DNA of 64,000 nucleotides from a virus. Lineage: Duplodnaviria; Caudoviricetes. Numbering within the stretch: position 1 is the stretch's first letter; every line of letters starts with the position of its first letter. Positions 30,900-41,418 of this stretch are shown one piece after another. The notes under the pieces were generated by a model that saw nothing but the letters and a program-made list of their open reading frames with translations, had not been told where the DNA came from and made no database searches. The position numbers were made by a program, and so were the translations under genes. Location: IMG/VR virus record IMGVR_UViG_3300025121_000013. One strand, given 5' to 3'.

Positions 30900-31495
30900 A
30901 AATTATGAATAAAAATAAATGCCTATGTGAATTTATTTTATCTGGAAATGATAAAAAAGTAATAAAAGAAATGAACGTTGGAGCCAGTATAGTTTATAAA
31001 AAAGATAAAGATGGAATATTTTCTATTCTTTTAATAAGAAGATCATCGGAAGATCATTGGCCTGACGCTTGGGAATTTCCAAGAGGAAAATGTGACAAAG
31101 GACAAAACGAAAAAATAAGAGACTGCACAATTCGAGAAATAAAAGAAGAAACTGATTTAGATATTGAAATAGTTGAATTAATTGATTCCTTTCAATATTT
31201 AGCTGATAGAGAAACAAGAAAAACTACAAGTTGGAATTATCTTTGTAAAATGAAAGATCCTAATCAAGAGGTAAAATTATCAAAAGAACATAGCGCTTTT
31301 AAATGGATTAGAACATCTGGAGAGGCTGATAATTTAGTCTTTCAAGAACAAAGAATCACTATTATTAAAGCTCTAAATATTTTAAATGGTGAACAACATT
31401 CTTCAATTCCAATGAATGATTTCACGCTAAATAAAATTTTAGAGGGTTATATTTCTGTTTTTTTAGAACTATATAAAAAGAGTAAAAATATTTAA
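30896..31495 (+). CDS. NUDIX hydrolase
   Basis: WEFPRGKCDKGQNE...C..REIKEETDL Nudix box. Confidence 0.9.
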   Translation: MKIMNKNKCLCEFILSGNDKKVIKEMNVGASIVYKKDKDGIFSILLIRRSSEDHWPDAWEFPRGKCDKGQNEKIRDCTIREIKEETDLDIEIVELIDSFQYLADRETRKTTSWNYLCKMKDPNQEVKLSKEHSAFKWIRTSGEADNLVFQEQRITIIKALNILNGEQHSSIPMNDFTLNKILEGYISVFLELYKKSKNI

Positions 31496-31518
31496 CAATA
31501 TAATTTGGGAGTTTATTA

Positions 31519-31803
31519 ATGGCAACTAGAAAACAAATTAAAGAAAATATAGAAAAGATTTTTAAGACTTCTGAAAGTAAAGATTATTTATCTCTTAAAA
31601 AGATTGAATCGATTTTAGAAAGCATTAGGGTCGAACTTCAGGAGAAAATTTCATATAATGAATTTTTTAAGAAGAAGCTTGAAAAATATAAAGTTTCAAG
31701 CCCTACCCAGTTAGAAAAAGAAAAGAGGAAGAAATTTTTTGATGAGGTAAATAGTGACTGGAACAAGGTGAAGAGTGGTAAATCTTTAACAAAGAAATCT
31801 TAA
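31519..31803 (+). CDS. Small conserved myophage protein (likely head-associated)
   Basis: Y..FF.KKL.KY.V.SP..L....RKKFF..V...W motif preceded by LQE. Confidence 0.55.
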   Translation: MATRKQIKENIEKIFKTSESKDYLSLKKIESILESIRVELQEKISYNEFFKKKLEKYKVSSPTQLEKEKRKKFFDEVNSDWNKVKSGKSLTKKS

Positions 31804-31834
31804 TCTTTTTTAAGTTTGAAAGGTATCTTTAAAA

Positions 31835-33088
31835 ATGAATCAGGGAAATCTTGTTTTACAAAGAGAAAATAAAATTGAAAGTAAAAAGATTTCTGATACC
31901 GAATATAGAATTTCTGGATTATCAAAAAATATAAGAATTGTAGATAAAATTGAAGATCTTAGAAAAAGCCCTCCAAATATTATAATTGCCGAAGCAATTA
32001 GAAATGCAAAGTATATAGTTAACAAGACTTCTTTACAAGAATTTAAAAAGGGGCAAAAATATATTTTAAGTAGCTCTATTTATGAACAATTACATTATGA
32101 TAAAATAAGCAATCGAAAATTATTAAAACCATCTACGTCAAAGTTTATGAATATTTATAAACCTTATAGAGGACAAGATTTAAATAATAAAACTTTATTA
32201 ATTTGGCGAACTGGTGGAATAGGCGATTTATGTTTCATTCAACCTAATTTGAAATATTTAAAAGAAAAATATCCAACCTCTAAAATTATTTTTGCTTGCG
32301 GAGCACAATATAAAAGTATGGTTGAAACGTGGAAAAATATTGATGAATTGATTGAATTACCTTTTAATTTACAACGATTAGTTCATAGTGATTATCATGC
32401 AATTTTTGAAGGAGTGATTGAAAGATGTAAAGAAGCAGAAACAACAAACGCCTATGAGCTTTTTACAAAATGGCTTGGTTTAAATGTCCCTAAAGAAAAA
32501 TTATATCCTGAACAAGAACCAAGTGAGGAAGATTTAAATATTGTAAAAAGTCTATTAAAGACTCTAAACCCTCAGGATAAACCTTTTGTACTTTTTCAGC
32601 TCAGAGCCAGCTCGCCTTTAAGATCCCCAAGATTATCTAAATGGAAGGAAATAATTGATAAGGTAAATGAAAAAGGATATTTAGTAATTATCACAGATTC
32701 CCCGCCAATGGAAAGTAGTGTCCAGAAATTTATTGATACTTTGAATTTTAAAGATTTGGTGATAAACTTTTCTGGATTATCAAAAAAATTATCTTATAGC
32801 ATTGCTTTAACAAAATTAGCCAAATTTGTTGTTTCTCCAGATTCCTCTTTAATACATATTGCAGAATCAGTTAAAACAAAAGGCCTTGGAATTTATGGAG
32901 CTTTTCCAGGGCACATAAGACTCTCCACATACAAATATATAGAATGGATAGACGGAAAAAGTATCTGCTCTCCTTGTTTTAGTCATGGACACAAACCTTG
33001 TTTAAATTCTCGTTCTGGTGCTGGGATTTGTTATGATAATATAGATTCAAATGAGGTTTTAAAAATAATCGAAAAAAATATGTCTTAA
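31835..33088 (+). CDS. GT9 (heptosyltransferase-like) glycosyltransferase
   Basis: LLIWRTGGIGDL, VSPDSSLIHIA, G.YGAF, CSPC..H...C. Confidence 0.8.
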   Translation: MNQGNLVLQRENKIESKKISDTEYRISGLSKNIRIVDKIEDLRKSPPNIIIAEAIRNAKYIVNKTSLQEFKKGQKYILSSSIYEQLHYDKISNRKLLKPSTSKFMNIYKPYRGQDLNNKTLLIWRTGGIGDLCFIQPNLKYLKEKYPTSKIIFACGAQYKSMVETWKNIDELIELPFNLQRLVHSDYHAIFEGVIERCKEAETTNAYELFTKWLGLNVPKEKLYPEQEPSEEDLNIVKSLLKTLNPQDKPFVLFQLRASSPLRSPRLSKWKEIIDKVNEKGYLVIITDSPPMESSVQKFIDTLNFKDLVINFSGLSKKLSYSIALTKLAKFVVSPDSSLIHIAESVKTKGLGIYGAFPGHIRLSTYKYIEWIDGKSICSPCFSHGHKPCLNSRSGAGICYDNIDSNEVLKIIEKNMS

Positions 33089-33106
33089 GGCGAGGAAAAT
33101 AATTCA

Positions 33107-33937
33107 ATGTATAAAATTATGATAACTTGTAGAAACCGTTTGGCCATTACCCAAAAATGTATTGAATCCATTGTCAAGCATTCTAAGGAAGAGTTTCATA
33201 TTTATATTTATGATAATTTAACTTCTTATAGAATTGATGAGCATTTTTCATATTTTAATGAATTATATAAAAGCGGAATTATTAAACAGGTTACTTTCAA
33301 CACTCCATCATCCACATTTTTTGCTTTTTCAAAAGCTGTTTCAAGTAATATGTTTGGTCTTCAACATATGCAAGATCCAAAGAAAAATGAATTTTCTTTT
33401 CTTGTATTAATGGATAATGATATGATCGTAACTCCAGAATGGGATGAGAAAATTAAAAGAGTTTGGAAAATTGTAAATAAAACAAATTTAAATCATATTA
33501 AAATTATTAGCCAATGCCCAGGTGGGATCAAGCCAAAAATTCCATTGGATTTAGGAACTACAGATATTTCTGCCGTGACTGGAAAATTAGGTGGGTCTGG
33601 TTTATGGACAACAAGAAGCAATTTTTTTGAAGATGTCGGTTTATTGGATTTAAGATCATTAGTTGGACACAATAAAAAACATGATCAAATGTATTGGCAT
33701 TTGATGGATAAAAAGTCAGGCGGAAAAAATTATATTCTTGGAATACAAACAAAATTAGCTTATCATTGTGGAGCTATTTGCGGAAGTGTTTGTAATCAAT
33801 TAACTAAAATTAAAGATAAAAAAGAAGCTTTAAAAAGAATAAGATTTCAGGAATCAGATGAAAATATTTCTAAGATGGATTTTGATAGTTTTTATAAATT
33901 TATTGAGTCCAGAAGAGATATTGTCAAAGGATGGTAA
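33107..33937 (+). CDS. GT-A (GT2-like) glycosyltransferase
   Basis: ITC.NRL..TQKCIESI, IYDNLT, MDND (DxD). Confidence 0.75.
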   Translation: MYKIMITCRNRLAITQKCIESIVKHSKEEFHIYIYDNLTSYRIDEHFSYFNELYKSGIIKQVTFNTPSSTFFAFSKAVSSNMFGLQHMQDPKKNEFSFLVLMDNDMIVTPEWDEKIKRVWKIVNKTNLNHIKIISQCPGGIKPKIPLDLGTTDISAVTGKLGGSGLWTTRSNFFEDVGLLDLRSLVGHNKKHDQMYWHLMDKKSGGKNYILGIQTKLAYHCGAICGSVCNQLTKIKDKKEALKRIRFQESDENISKMDFDSFYKFIESRRDIVKGW

Positions 33938-33940
33938 ATA

Positions 33941-34231
33941 ATGGATAAAAAGGATTCAATATCAAATTTAGTAAAAGATCCTGTATGGCAAAAGGTACGT
34001 GAATCTCTTTTAGGAAAATGGACAGAAGAGCCAGAAAAAAATTGTAAAAAATTAAGAGAATATTTAGGTTCTTTAAGTTCTACTAAAAAAGAAAAACTAA
34101 GAATCGTTATGAATTATTTAACAGGAACCGGATTTAGAACAGGTAATATAAAACACCCTTGTATTCAAAAATTAAGAACAGAAATTTCTTTAGAAATAAA
34201 AATTAGAAAAGCCAAAGGGAATTGGTATTAA
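33941..34231 (+). CDS. Small basic hypothetical protein
   Basis: 96-aa ORF in the operon. Confidence 0.55.
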   Translation: MDKKDSISNLVKDPVWQKVRESLLGKWTEEPEKNCKKLREYLGSLSSTKKEKLRIVMNYLTGTGFRTGNIKHPCIQKLRTEISLEIKIRKAKGNWY

Positions 34232-35121
34232 TGGAAAAAGCAATTTTAGCTGGACCATTTATAGGGGAATTGGGCTGGCAAGTTTTGCGTTTTGCCCCTT
34301 TTGTAATTTGGAATAAAATTTCTAAATATAAAAATAAAGTTAAACTTATCGTTTATACAAGGGAAGACACTTTTGATCTTTATGGACAATACTCTGATAT
34401 TTTTGTTCCTTTAAGAATTGATGGAGATTTTACAAAATATAAAGGAAACTGTTTTAGATTAGAGGGTTATCCATTAACAGGTTATTATAAACTAATAACA
34501 AATTTTCATGATAAGTATATGAATCAATATGATATTGTTGAACATCTTTATCCGAAGATAGAAAAGCCTCATCATTTAAATAAGCATCAATTTCCACGTG
34601 GAAAAATGATTCATGAATTTAAGCCAAGAAAAGATAATTTAATTATAGTAAATAAATATATTTCAAATGGTAAAAAAAATGTAGTTTTGGGTTCTAGATT
34701 TCGAAGAGGATTTAAAAGAAACTGGAAATATTGGAATGAGTTTTATGATTTATTATATCAAAGCGATTTATATAATAGATTTAATTTTATAATTTGTGGA
34801 AAAGCTCCAGAATATATTCCAGATTCAAAAGAAAGATTTTTAGATATAAATAATTTTAAATTAACTAAAGATTCTTCTTTAATCGGCATCACTATAGAGT
34901 GCATAAAAAATTCTATTTTGACTTGTGGAAGTCAATCCTCTATTCCAAATTTATCTTTATCTTTAGGAACAGAAGTTTTAGAATGGGGAGATCAAAAAAG
35001 ATTTCATACTTTAGATTATAATTATAAAAAGACTCCTATAACTTTTATCGATGATAGATATTATAATATCCCACCTGAAAAAGTTTTGAAAATAATGTCA
35101 AAAATTCTAAGGAATAAATAA
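34222..35121 (+). CDS. Putative GT-B glycosyltransferase (paralogue of the next gene)
   Basis: GPFIGELGW N-terminus; KRNWKYW..F..L and CG.QS..PNL resemble GT9-like C-terminal domains. Confidence 0.5.
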   Translation: MVLMEKAILAGPFIGELGWQVLRFAPFVIWNKISKYKNKVKLIVYTREDTFDLYGQYSDIFVPLRIDGDFTKYKGNCFRLEGYPLTGYYKLITNFHDKYMNQYDIVEHLYPKIEKPHHLNKHQFPRGKMIHEFKPRKDNLIIVNKYISNGKKNVVLGSRFRRGFKRNWKYWNEFYDLLYQSDLYNRFNFIICGKAPEYIPDSKERFLDINNFKLTKDSSLIGITIECIKNSILTCGSQSSIPNLSLSLGTEVLEWGDQKRFHTLDYNYKKTPITFIDDRYYNIPPEKVLKIMSKILRNK

Positions 35122-35906
35122 TGAATTCGATATTTTTATTTGGCCCTTTTATAGGTTCTTTAGAATGGGAGATGTTATATTTTGCTCCGTTTTGCATTTA
35201 TACAAAAAGAAAAAATCCTAAAAGTCAAATAGCTGTTTTTACAAGACCAGAGAGATTTGATTTATATGGAAGATATGTTGATTTTTTAATCCCTTTATAT
35301 TTTGATGATAATAATTCTGAGATGTTTAGAGATACGGAAATAACAAATGATGAATATATAAAAATGTCAGAAAAATTTAAGTCAAAATATTCAGGAAAAT
35401 TTAAAATAGAAAATCATTTTTTTCCAAGAATACATTCTTTTAATTATAAGGTAAAGTGGCAATTTCCTCGAAGTAAAATGCTTTATGATTTTTTACCAAG
35501 AAGAGACAATGAAGCTTTTATTCATGACACATTGAAATATGATAAAAAAAATATTTTTATAGATTTTGATGCTATAAAAAAAATAAGTATTTTAGATAAA
35601 GTATTTGAAGTAATGTTTAAAGAAAATAATGAAAGATTTATTATTAATAGTTCAGAAAATGTAAATATAAAACGAAAGAATATACAAATATCTAAGATTC
35701 AAGAAAGTAAAAATCTTACAAAATTAGGTTGTATTATTGAGTCATTAAAATTATCTTCTCTAAGCATTGGAAACTTAAATTCGGATATTACTAAATTAAG
35801 TCTTTTGCTTAAAAAACCAACAATCCTTATTAATGAAAAATGTACTAATGATCAGATATCTTTAATAAATCCTATGAAGACAAAAATATTCAGGAGAACT
35901 TTTTAA
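35121..35906 (+). CDS. Putative GT-B glycosyltransferase (paralogue of the previous gene)
   Basis: GPFIGSLEW, TRPERFDLYG and QFPRSKM.Y.F.PR.DN shared with 34222-35121. Confidence 0.5.
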   Translation: MNSIFLFGPFIGSLEWEMLYFAPFCIYTKRKNPKSQIAVFTRPERFDLYGRYVDFLIPLYFDDNNSEMFRDTEITNDEYIKMSEKFKSKYSGKFKIENHFFPRIHSFNYKVKWQFPRSKMLYDFLPRRDNEAFIHDTLKYDKKNIFIDFDAIKKISILDKVFEVMFKENNERFIINSSENVNIKRKNIQISKIQESKNLTKLGCIIESLKLSSLSIGNLNSDITKLSLLLKKPTILINEKCTNDQISLINPMKTKIFRRTF

Positions 35907-36890
35907 ATGAAAATTATTTTTAATTTGTTGAATTGTGGTCTCGGAAATAATGGTGGGTCACATACTATAGTTAGATCTGCAAATACTTTGGCTAAGTTGG
36001 GAAACGAGGTAACAATTATTGATAATACAAAAATTGGTTATAATTGGACTCCAATTAAATGCGATTATCTTTCAATAAAAAGAGAAAATCAAATTCCTGA
36101 TGCTGATTTTATAATTGCGACAGGATATAAAACAGTCAAGTCGACATTGAATATTCCTCAGAGGTGTGGGAAAAAAATACATTGGATAAGAGGCTGGGAA
36201 ACATGGAAAATGGATGAAAATGTTATCATAAAAAATATATTAAATGTTCCAACGATAAAAGTTGTAAATAGTATAGGCTTACAAAATTATATTGAAAAAT
36301 TTAATATTCGTTCTTTCGTTATTAGACCTGGTTATGATTTTAATGAACAATATCCAATGAATTTAAGAAAAAATAATAATGAAATTGTTCTAGGTGGATT
36401 ATATCATACAAAACATAAAACAAAAAGATCTGACTGGATTTTAAAAATTCAAAGTGAATTTAAAGATAAATATAAAACAAAGTTATATATGTACGGAACA
36501 GATAAAATGACAGACTCTGTAATTGATCGATACGTAAAAACTCCTTCAATTGAAGAAAAAAATGAGATTTATAATTCTATAAATGTATGGTTAGCTCCAA
36601 CGTGTCTTGAAGGATTACATATCCCTCCAGCTGAAGCTATGTTGACAGAATGTTGTGTCGTTGGAATAAATGCGGAATTATCTGGAACAAAGGATTATTT
36701 AATACATAATCACTCTGGAGTGGTTTCAGAAAATAATTTTGAAAGTTTTAGACGAAGTGTGGAAAAGATAATTATTAATTCTAAAAAAAGATTTGAATTA
36801 GGAAAAAAAGGAAGGGAGGAAATTATCTCTTTAGGAAGTCGAGAATATAATATGAAAAAGTTTGTAAAACTTTTGGAGGAATTAAAATAA
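35907..36890 (+). CDS. GT4-like glycosyltransferase
   Basis: GNNGGS.TI, EG..IPPAEAM..EC.VV, NHSG. Confidence 0.8.
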   Translation: MKIIFNLLNCGLGNNGGSHTIVRSANTLAKLGNEVTIIDNTKIGYNWTPIKCDYLSIKRENQIPDADFIIATGYKTVKSTLNIPQRCGKKIHWIRGWETWKMDENVIIKNILNVPTIKVVNSIGLQNYIEKFNIRSFVIRPGYDFNEQYPMNLRKNNNEIVLGGLYHTKHKTKRSDWILKIQSEFKDKYKTKLYMYGTDKMTDSVIDRYVKTPSIEEKNEIYNSINVWLAPTCLEGLHIPPAEAMLTECCVVGINAELSGTKDYLIHNHSGVVSENNFESFRRSVEKIIINSKKRFELGKKGREEIISLGSREYNMKKFVKLLEELK

Positions 36891-36892
36891 TT

Positions 36893-37747
36893 ATGTCAAT
36901 AGAAATTATGAAAGGAAGATATCTTTTTTCTATCGAAGAAATTTTAAATGATTTAAAAAAATGTATAGAAAATAAAATCCCTTTTTCTTTGATTAGATTT
37001 GGTGACGGTGGATTAAAATTTATTGAATCTGTTACAAGAGGAAATCATAATCAACTAAGTGAAATATCTTTAAAAGAAGGTTTTCCTATTGAACTGTCTG
37101 GTGATATTTTAGAATGGTGGGGATGGGCTGCAAGAACGGCAAATTATATTGATACCCCAGAAATATATTTTACGGAATATTTTTGGCCCAGGCTTAGAGG
37201 GCCAAAAAAGCCAATGCATAAACAAACCATTATGAAATTAAAATTGTGGTATGAAATATATAATGATGCTGAATTTGATAATAAAAATTATTGTAATCCA
37301 GAAATAAATTTTTTATCTGTTTTAAGAATTAGTAAAAATAAAATGAATTTAATCGATTTATTAAAAGGTAAACGAGTTTGTTGTATAGGAACAAATAAAA
37401 AAATAATTGACATTTTACAAGAATTAGAATGCGCCTCAGAATGTATAGAAATCCCATCACAATGGCAAAATCAGTATGAAAAGTCATTTAATACTGTGAT
37501 TAAAGAGATTTCAGAAAAAGCAAATTATTATGATATGTGGTTGGTTTCAGCTGGAGAATTAGGGAGAATATATTCTGGAGTGATAAAAGAATATGGCGGA
37601 AGATCTTTTGATTTAGGTTTTGTCTATGACTATTGGCTAAAGAAAGATATTCCTGTGAGATTAAAAGAGTTTATTGGCAAAAATCCGGATAATCAATATG
37701 AATTCATTTTAAAAAAAAAAGCAAAAAAATTCCAGAGGTATTTATAA
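36893..37747 (+). CDS. GT-D fold (DUF1792-like) glycosyltransferase
   Basis: PFSLIRFGDG, LV.AG.LG, G..FDLG. Confidence 0.7.
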   Translation: MSIEIMKGRYLFSIEEILNDLKKCIENKIPFSLIRFGDGGLKFIESVTRGNHNQLSEISLKEGFPIELSGDILEWWGWAARTANYIDTPEIYFTEYFWPRLRGPKKPMHKQTIMKLKLWYEIYNDAEFDNKNYCNPEINFLSVLRISKNKMNLIDLLKGKRVCCIGTNKKIIDILQELECASECIEIPSQWQNQYEKSFNTVIKEISEKANYYDMWLVSAGELGRIYSGVIKEYGGRSFDLGFVYDYWLKKDIPVRLKEFIGKNPDNQYEFILKKKAKKFQRYL

Positions 37748-38494
37748 ATGGATAAAATAGATATCACTATGACATCTGTGTTAAGACCGGAAATTGTTAG
37801 AGGAACTTTGAAATCATTTTTCAAAAGTATGTTTTATAAAAATCCAGATAGATATAGATTAATTGTAAATATTGACCCTTTGGGAAATGGCAAGGCTACA
37901 GCGAATGATGTTTTAGAAGTTTGTAAAAATCATTTCAAAAAGGTCGTATATAATATATCTAAAGAACCATCTTTTCCTAAGGCTGTTAGATGGACATGGG
38001 ATCAAGTTGAATCACCTTGGGTTTTTCATTTAGAGGATGATTGGATTGTTCACCGAAAAGTCGATGTTGATCACATGATAGAAATTATGAATAAATACAA
38101 AGACCTTGCATGTTTGAGACTCTATAAAGAACCAATTCCAAATGTTTTAACCCCAAGAATATTTAATACGAAATATAGATATAACGAAGAAGGTTTTTTT
38201 GTGGCGGATGATCAAAAAAAACAATTTGGGTTAAACCCTGTTTTGATAAGGGGAGAATTTGTCAAAACAGGACGAACCATGATGGTTGATGATAAAAACC
38301 CAGAAAAACAATTTAGATTTAAGAATCCAAAAATGTCGGATTTTATAATGAAATGGAAATATGGTATTTATGGCAAACCTGGAGACGCTAGATTAGTTTG
38401 GGGTAAAAGAGGAAAGTATTGGAGAGATGCAAATCATTTTTCTAAGGTGACACCAGGAAGAGAACAATTTATTTCATGGAGGAAATTAGAATGA
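37748..38494 (+). CDS. GT-A glycosyltransferase
   Basis: ITMTS..RP, NIDP, FHLEDDW, NP.L.R. Confidence 0.7.
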   Translation: MDKIDITMTSVLRPEIVRGTLKSFFKSMFYKNPDRYRLIVNIDPLGNGKATANDVLEVCKNHFKKVVYNISKEPSFPKAVRWTWDQVESPWVFHLEDDWIVHRKVDVDHMIEIMNKYKDLACLRLYKEPIPNVLTPRIFNTKYRYNEEGFFVADDQKKQFGLNPVLIRGEFVKTGRTMMVDDKNPEKQFRFKNPKMSDFIMKWKYGIYGKPGDARLVWGKRGKYWRDANHFSKVTPGREQFISWRKLE

Positions 38495-39036
38495 CTGATA
38501 AAAAAATATTTTTTCATCTATGGAGAATTTATCAAAGAATCTTTAAGCAAAATTATATTCATAAAAGTTTTATCAAAGGAAAAAATTTTAAAATTGGAAA
38601 ATTTTGTATTATCGAAGAAGGTGTGATTTGTGGAGACGATGTATCTCTAAAAAATTATGTTTTATTACAAGAAAATACATGTATTTTTAATGGGGTTTCA
38701 ATCGATAGTTTTGTGAAATCTTCTGGTGATAATGTGGTTGGTTCAAATACAACTTTGAGATTTAATTCTACAATTTGTAGAAATATCCATATAGGACATA
38801 ATTGTTTTTTATCTCCAAATGTTATGACAATATTTTCTGATGTTAAGGGGGATCATTCAAAATATATAAAGATAGAAAAAAATTGTTATATAGGTACAAA
38901 TGCTGTGATCGGTCCAGGAGTTCATATTGGTCATAATACAATTATTGGAGCGATGAGTTTTGTAAATAAAAACTGTGACAAAAACTCTACATATATCGGC
39001 ATTCCTGCAAAGAAAGTGATAAATAAAAATGATTGA
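38476..39036 (+). CDS. Hexapeptide-repeat (left-handed beta-helix) acetyltransferase
   Basis: Repeated [IV]G..C.I patterns; IGAMSFVNK....YIGIPAK. Confidence 0.85.
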   Translation: MEEIRMTDKKIFFHLWRIYQRIFKQNYIHKSFIKGKNFKIGKFCIIEEGVICGDDVSLKNYVLLQENTCIFNGVSIDSFVKSSGDNVVGSNTTLRFNSTICRNIHIGHNCFLSPNVMTIFSDVKGDHSKYIKIEKNCYIGTNAVIGPGVHIGHNTIIGAMSFVNKNCDKNSTYIGIPAKKVINKND

Positions 39037-39802
39037 AATGTCATTATTTAAAGATTTATTAGATAAAAAAACATGCTCAATAAAATTTTTGAAACCAGAC
39101 TGCGTTTCATATATTAAAGATTTGACATATTTAAAATATCTAATTGATATAAATTTTCCTGTTCATATTTTAGCTGATGAAAAATTAGAGTTTCATTTAG
39201 CAGATAGTAATGACAATTTTTTAAACCATAAATTTGTTAAATTTTATTTTGTGTCCAATGTATTATATTCATTTTCAATTTTACATAATTTTATAAATAG
39301 AAACAAACCAAGGGCTAAAATATCAATAGGAAAAAATGGTTCAATTCATATAAGTTCTGTGTTAGGAGCTGAGGGATTACATTTAGCGTTTGGATTAGAT
39401 GATTCCGAAAATAAAATTAAAATTCAAATGATTCATATAGGAAATTTATTTATTGGAGATAATGTGATTATTGGGGCTCACTCTGTAATACATAGAGGAG
39501 TTTTAGATGATACGATCATTGGAAATAATATATATATTGGAGCCCTTTCTAATATTGGGCACAATTGTATTATTGAAGATAACACAGTAATTGGAAATGG
39601 TTGCATAATTTCTGGGTCAGTTAGAATAGGAAATAATTGTTGGGTTGGGGTGGGAACAAATATAAAAAATAAAGTTTCTATCTGTGATAATGTTATTATT
39701 GGAATGGGATCAAATGTTTATAAAAATATTACGGAGTCTGGAATTTATTATGGGACTCCATTAAAAAAACAAAAAGAATATATAGAAAATTGGAATTTTT
39801 GA
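39029..39802 (+). CDS. LpxD-like hexapeptide N-acyltransferase
   Basis: HIGNLFIGDNV.IGA.S.I.RG.LDDT.IG, NIGHNC.I, YYGTP. Confidence 0.8.
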   Translation: MIEMSLFKDLLDKKTCSIKFLKPDCVSYIKDLTYLKYLIDINFPVHILADEKLEFHLADSNDNFLNHKFVKFYFVSNVLYSFSILHNFINRNKPRAKISIGKNGSIHISSVLGAEGLHLAFGLDDSENKIKIQMIHIGNLFIGDNVIIGAHSVIHRGVLDDTIIGNNIYIGALSNIGHNCIIEDNTVIGNGCIISGSVRIGNNCWVGVGTNIKNKVSICDNVIIGMGSNVYKNITESGIYYGTPLKKQKEYIENWNF

Positions 39803-39806
39803 AGGA

Positions 39807-40412
39807 GTGAATATGAAAAGAATTTTAGCAATTGGAGCTCATTTTGATGATATAGAAGTTGCATGTTCCGGAACATTAAATAAACATATAGATAAAAATG
39901 ATGAAGTTTATTTAGCAATTTTAAATAGTGATGAAACAAGAACTGGAGATCCAGAGATAAGAATTCAAGAACAAATATGTGCTTCCGATTTAATGAAAAT
40001 TTCAAGAGATAGAATTTTTCTTTTTACTGGAGATATTTTAGACCCATCAGATATTATAGGTGAATTAGATTTGATTAAGCCAGATATTATTTTTTCAATG
40101 TTTGAAAAAGATAGCCATCAGCATCATGTTCAAGCCGCTTTTATAGGCCGGTCGGTAGGAAGAAAAAGAAATTTGACAACATTCTTTTATTCCAGCGGTT
40201 CAACATATGATTTTTATCCTACAGTTTATAATATAATTGATAAAGAAAGAAAAAGAAAAATTGTTGATTGTTTTAAAAGTCAACTTGAGTTAAATGCAAT
40301 TAATCACAATCTTATAGATAGAAGAGAATCTTTTTGGGCAAGTGAAATATCCACTGAGCCTGATTTATACGCTGAAGGCTTTATCGTAAGAAAACTTCAA
40401 TATCCTTTTTAA
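39807..40412 (+). CDS. PIG-L/LmbE family deacetylase
   Basis: AIGAHFDDIE, R..EQ..A, DSHQHH. Confidence 0.85.
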   Translation: MNMKRILAIGAHFDDIEVACSGTLNKHIDKNDEVYLAILNSDETRTGDPEIRIQEQICASDLMKISRDRIFLFTGDILDPSDIIGELDLIKPDIIFSMFEKDSHQHHVQAAFIGRSVGRKRNLTTFFYSSGSTYDFYPTVYNIIDKERKRKIVDCFKSQLELNAINHNLIDRRESFWASEISTEPDLYAEGFIVRKLQYPF

Positions 40413-40427
40413 TTAAGGGCGTGAACA

Positions 40428-40775
40428 ATGATTGTTCAAAAGAGAATTGATAAAAAAGGTCGAGTTTTTAGATATTCAGATTTGTTAATATCTGACATTG
40501 TTTTTGATATTAATAAAGATCTAAAAAATAGATATGGAGAAATGACATATCGAATTCTTTTTAAATATAATAAAGAATTAAAAAGATGTACTTATTATTG
40601 TCAAGTTAAAAGTATATTTTTCTGGAGAAATATTAAAGCCAAAGAAATATTGATTTTAAAAAATATTAAAGGTCCAATTACATCTGATAATCCGTATGTT
40701 TTATCAAAAAAAATCATTCCTATTTTTCAAGCTATAAAAGTTCAAAAGAAAATAAAAATAACTGGAGAACGATAG
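40428..40775 (+). CDS. Hypothetical protein
   Basis: 115-aa ORF. Confidence 0.5.
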   Translation: MIVQKRIDKKGRVFRYSDLLISDIVFDINKDLKNRYGEMTYRILFKYNKELKRCTYYCQVKSIFFWRNIKAKEILILKNIKGPITSDNPYVLSKKIIPIFQAIKVQKKIKITGER

Positions 40776-40776
40776 A

Positions 40777-41415
40777 ATGGGTATAGAAAAGAAAATAGAA
40801 AATAATTTTAAAGATTTATATGAAAAATATTTTGAAGGGATTATTGATGAATATAATGAATATATTACAACCATCTCAAGTGGAGGTGCGGCTGCGTCAA
40901 TTGAATGTTCAGTTTTTCTTTTGATTTTAATGGAACTTTTTAATTGTAAAAGTGTATTGGATTTAGGCAGTGGTTTTTCATCTTATATTTTAAGATTTTA
41001 TCGAAAGCGTTATGGAACCAAAGATATGAAAATTTGGTCTATAGACACTGATAAAGATTGGTTATTGAAGACAAAAAAATTTGTTGAGAAAAAGGGTTTA
41101 TTAGATGAAAATTTTTCAGTCTGGAATAAATTTAAAAATGAAAAACGAGATTTTGATTTAGTATTTATTGATATAGATCAAACAAAAAATAGACCCGATC
41201 ACATTCCAATTATTTTAGAAAATTTTGTGACAGAAAAAACGATTGTTCTTTTTGATGATTTTCATAAGAAATGGTATACTGATAAGATTATGCCTTTTAT
41301 AGATAAAACATATTTATATAATAGTTATGATATAAAAAAATATACTTTGGAAAAGAATAGGGGAAAAATGATTCGGTATTGCTGGCTTTCTACCAATTTT
41401 CAAAAAAGAGGTTAA
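40777..41415 (+). CDS. Class I SAM-dependent methyltransferase
   Basis: VLDLGSGFSS, SID, FDLVFID, LFDD. Confidence 0.8.
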   Translation: MGIEKKIENNFKDLYEKYFEGIIDEYNEYITTISSGGAAASIECSVFLLILMELFNCKSVLDLGSGFSSYILRFYRKRYGTKDMKIWSIDTDKDWLLKTKKFVEKKGLLDENFSVWNKFKNEKRDFDLVFIDIDQTKNRPDHIPIILENFVTEKTIVLFDDFHKKWYTDKIMPFIDKTYLYNSYDIKKYTLEKNRGKMIRYCWLSTNFQKRG

Positions 41416-41418
41416 GAT

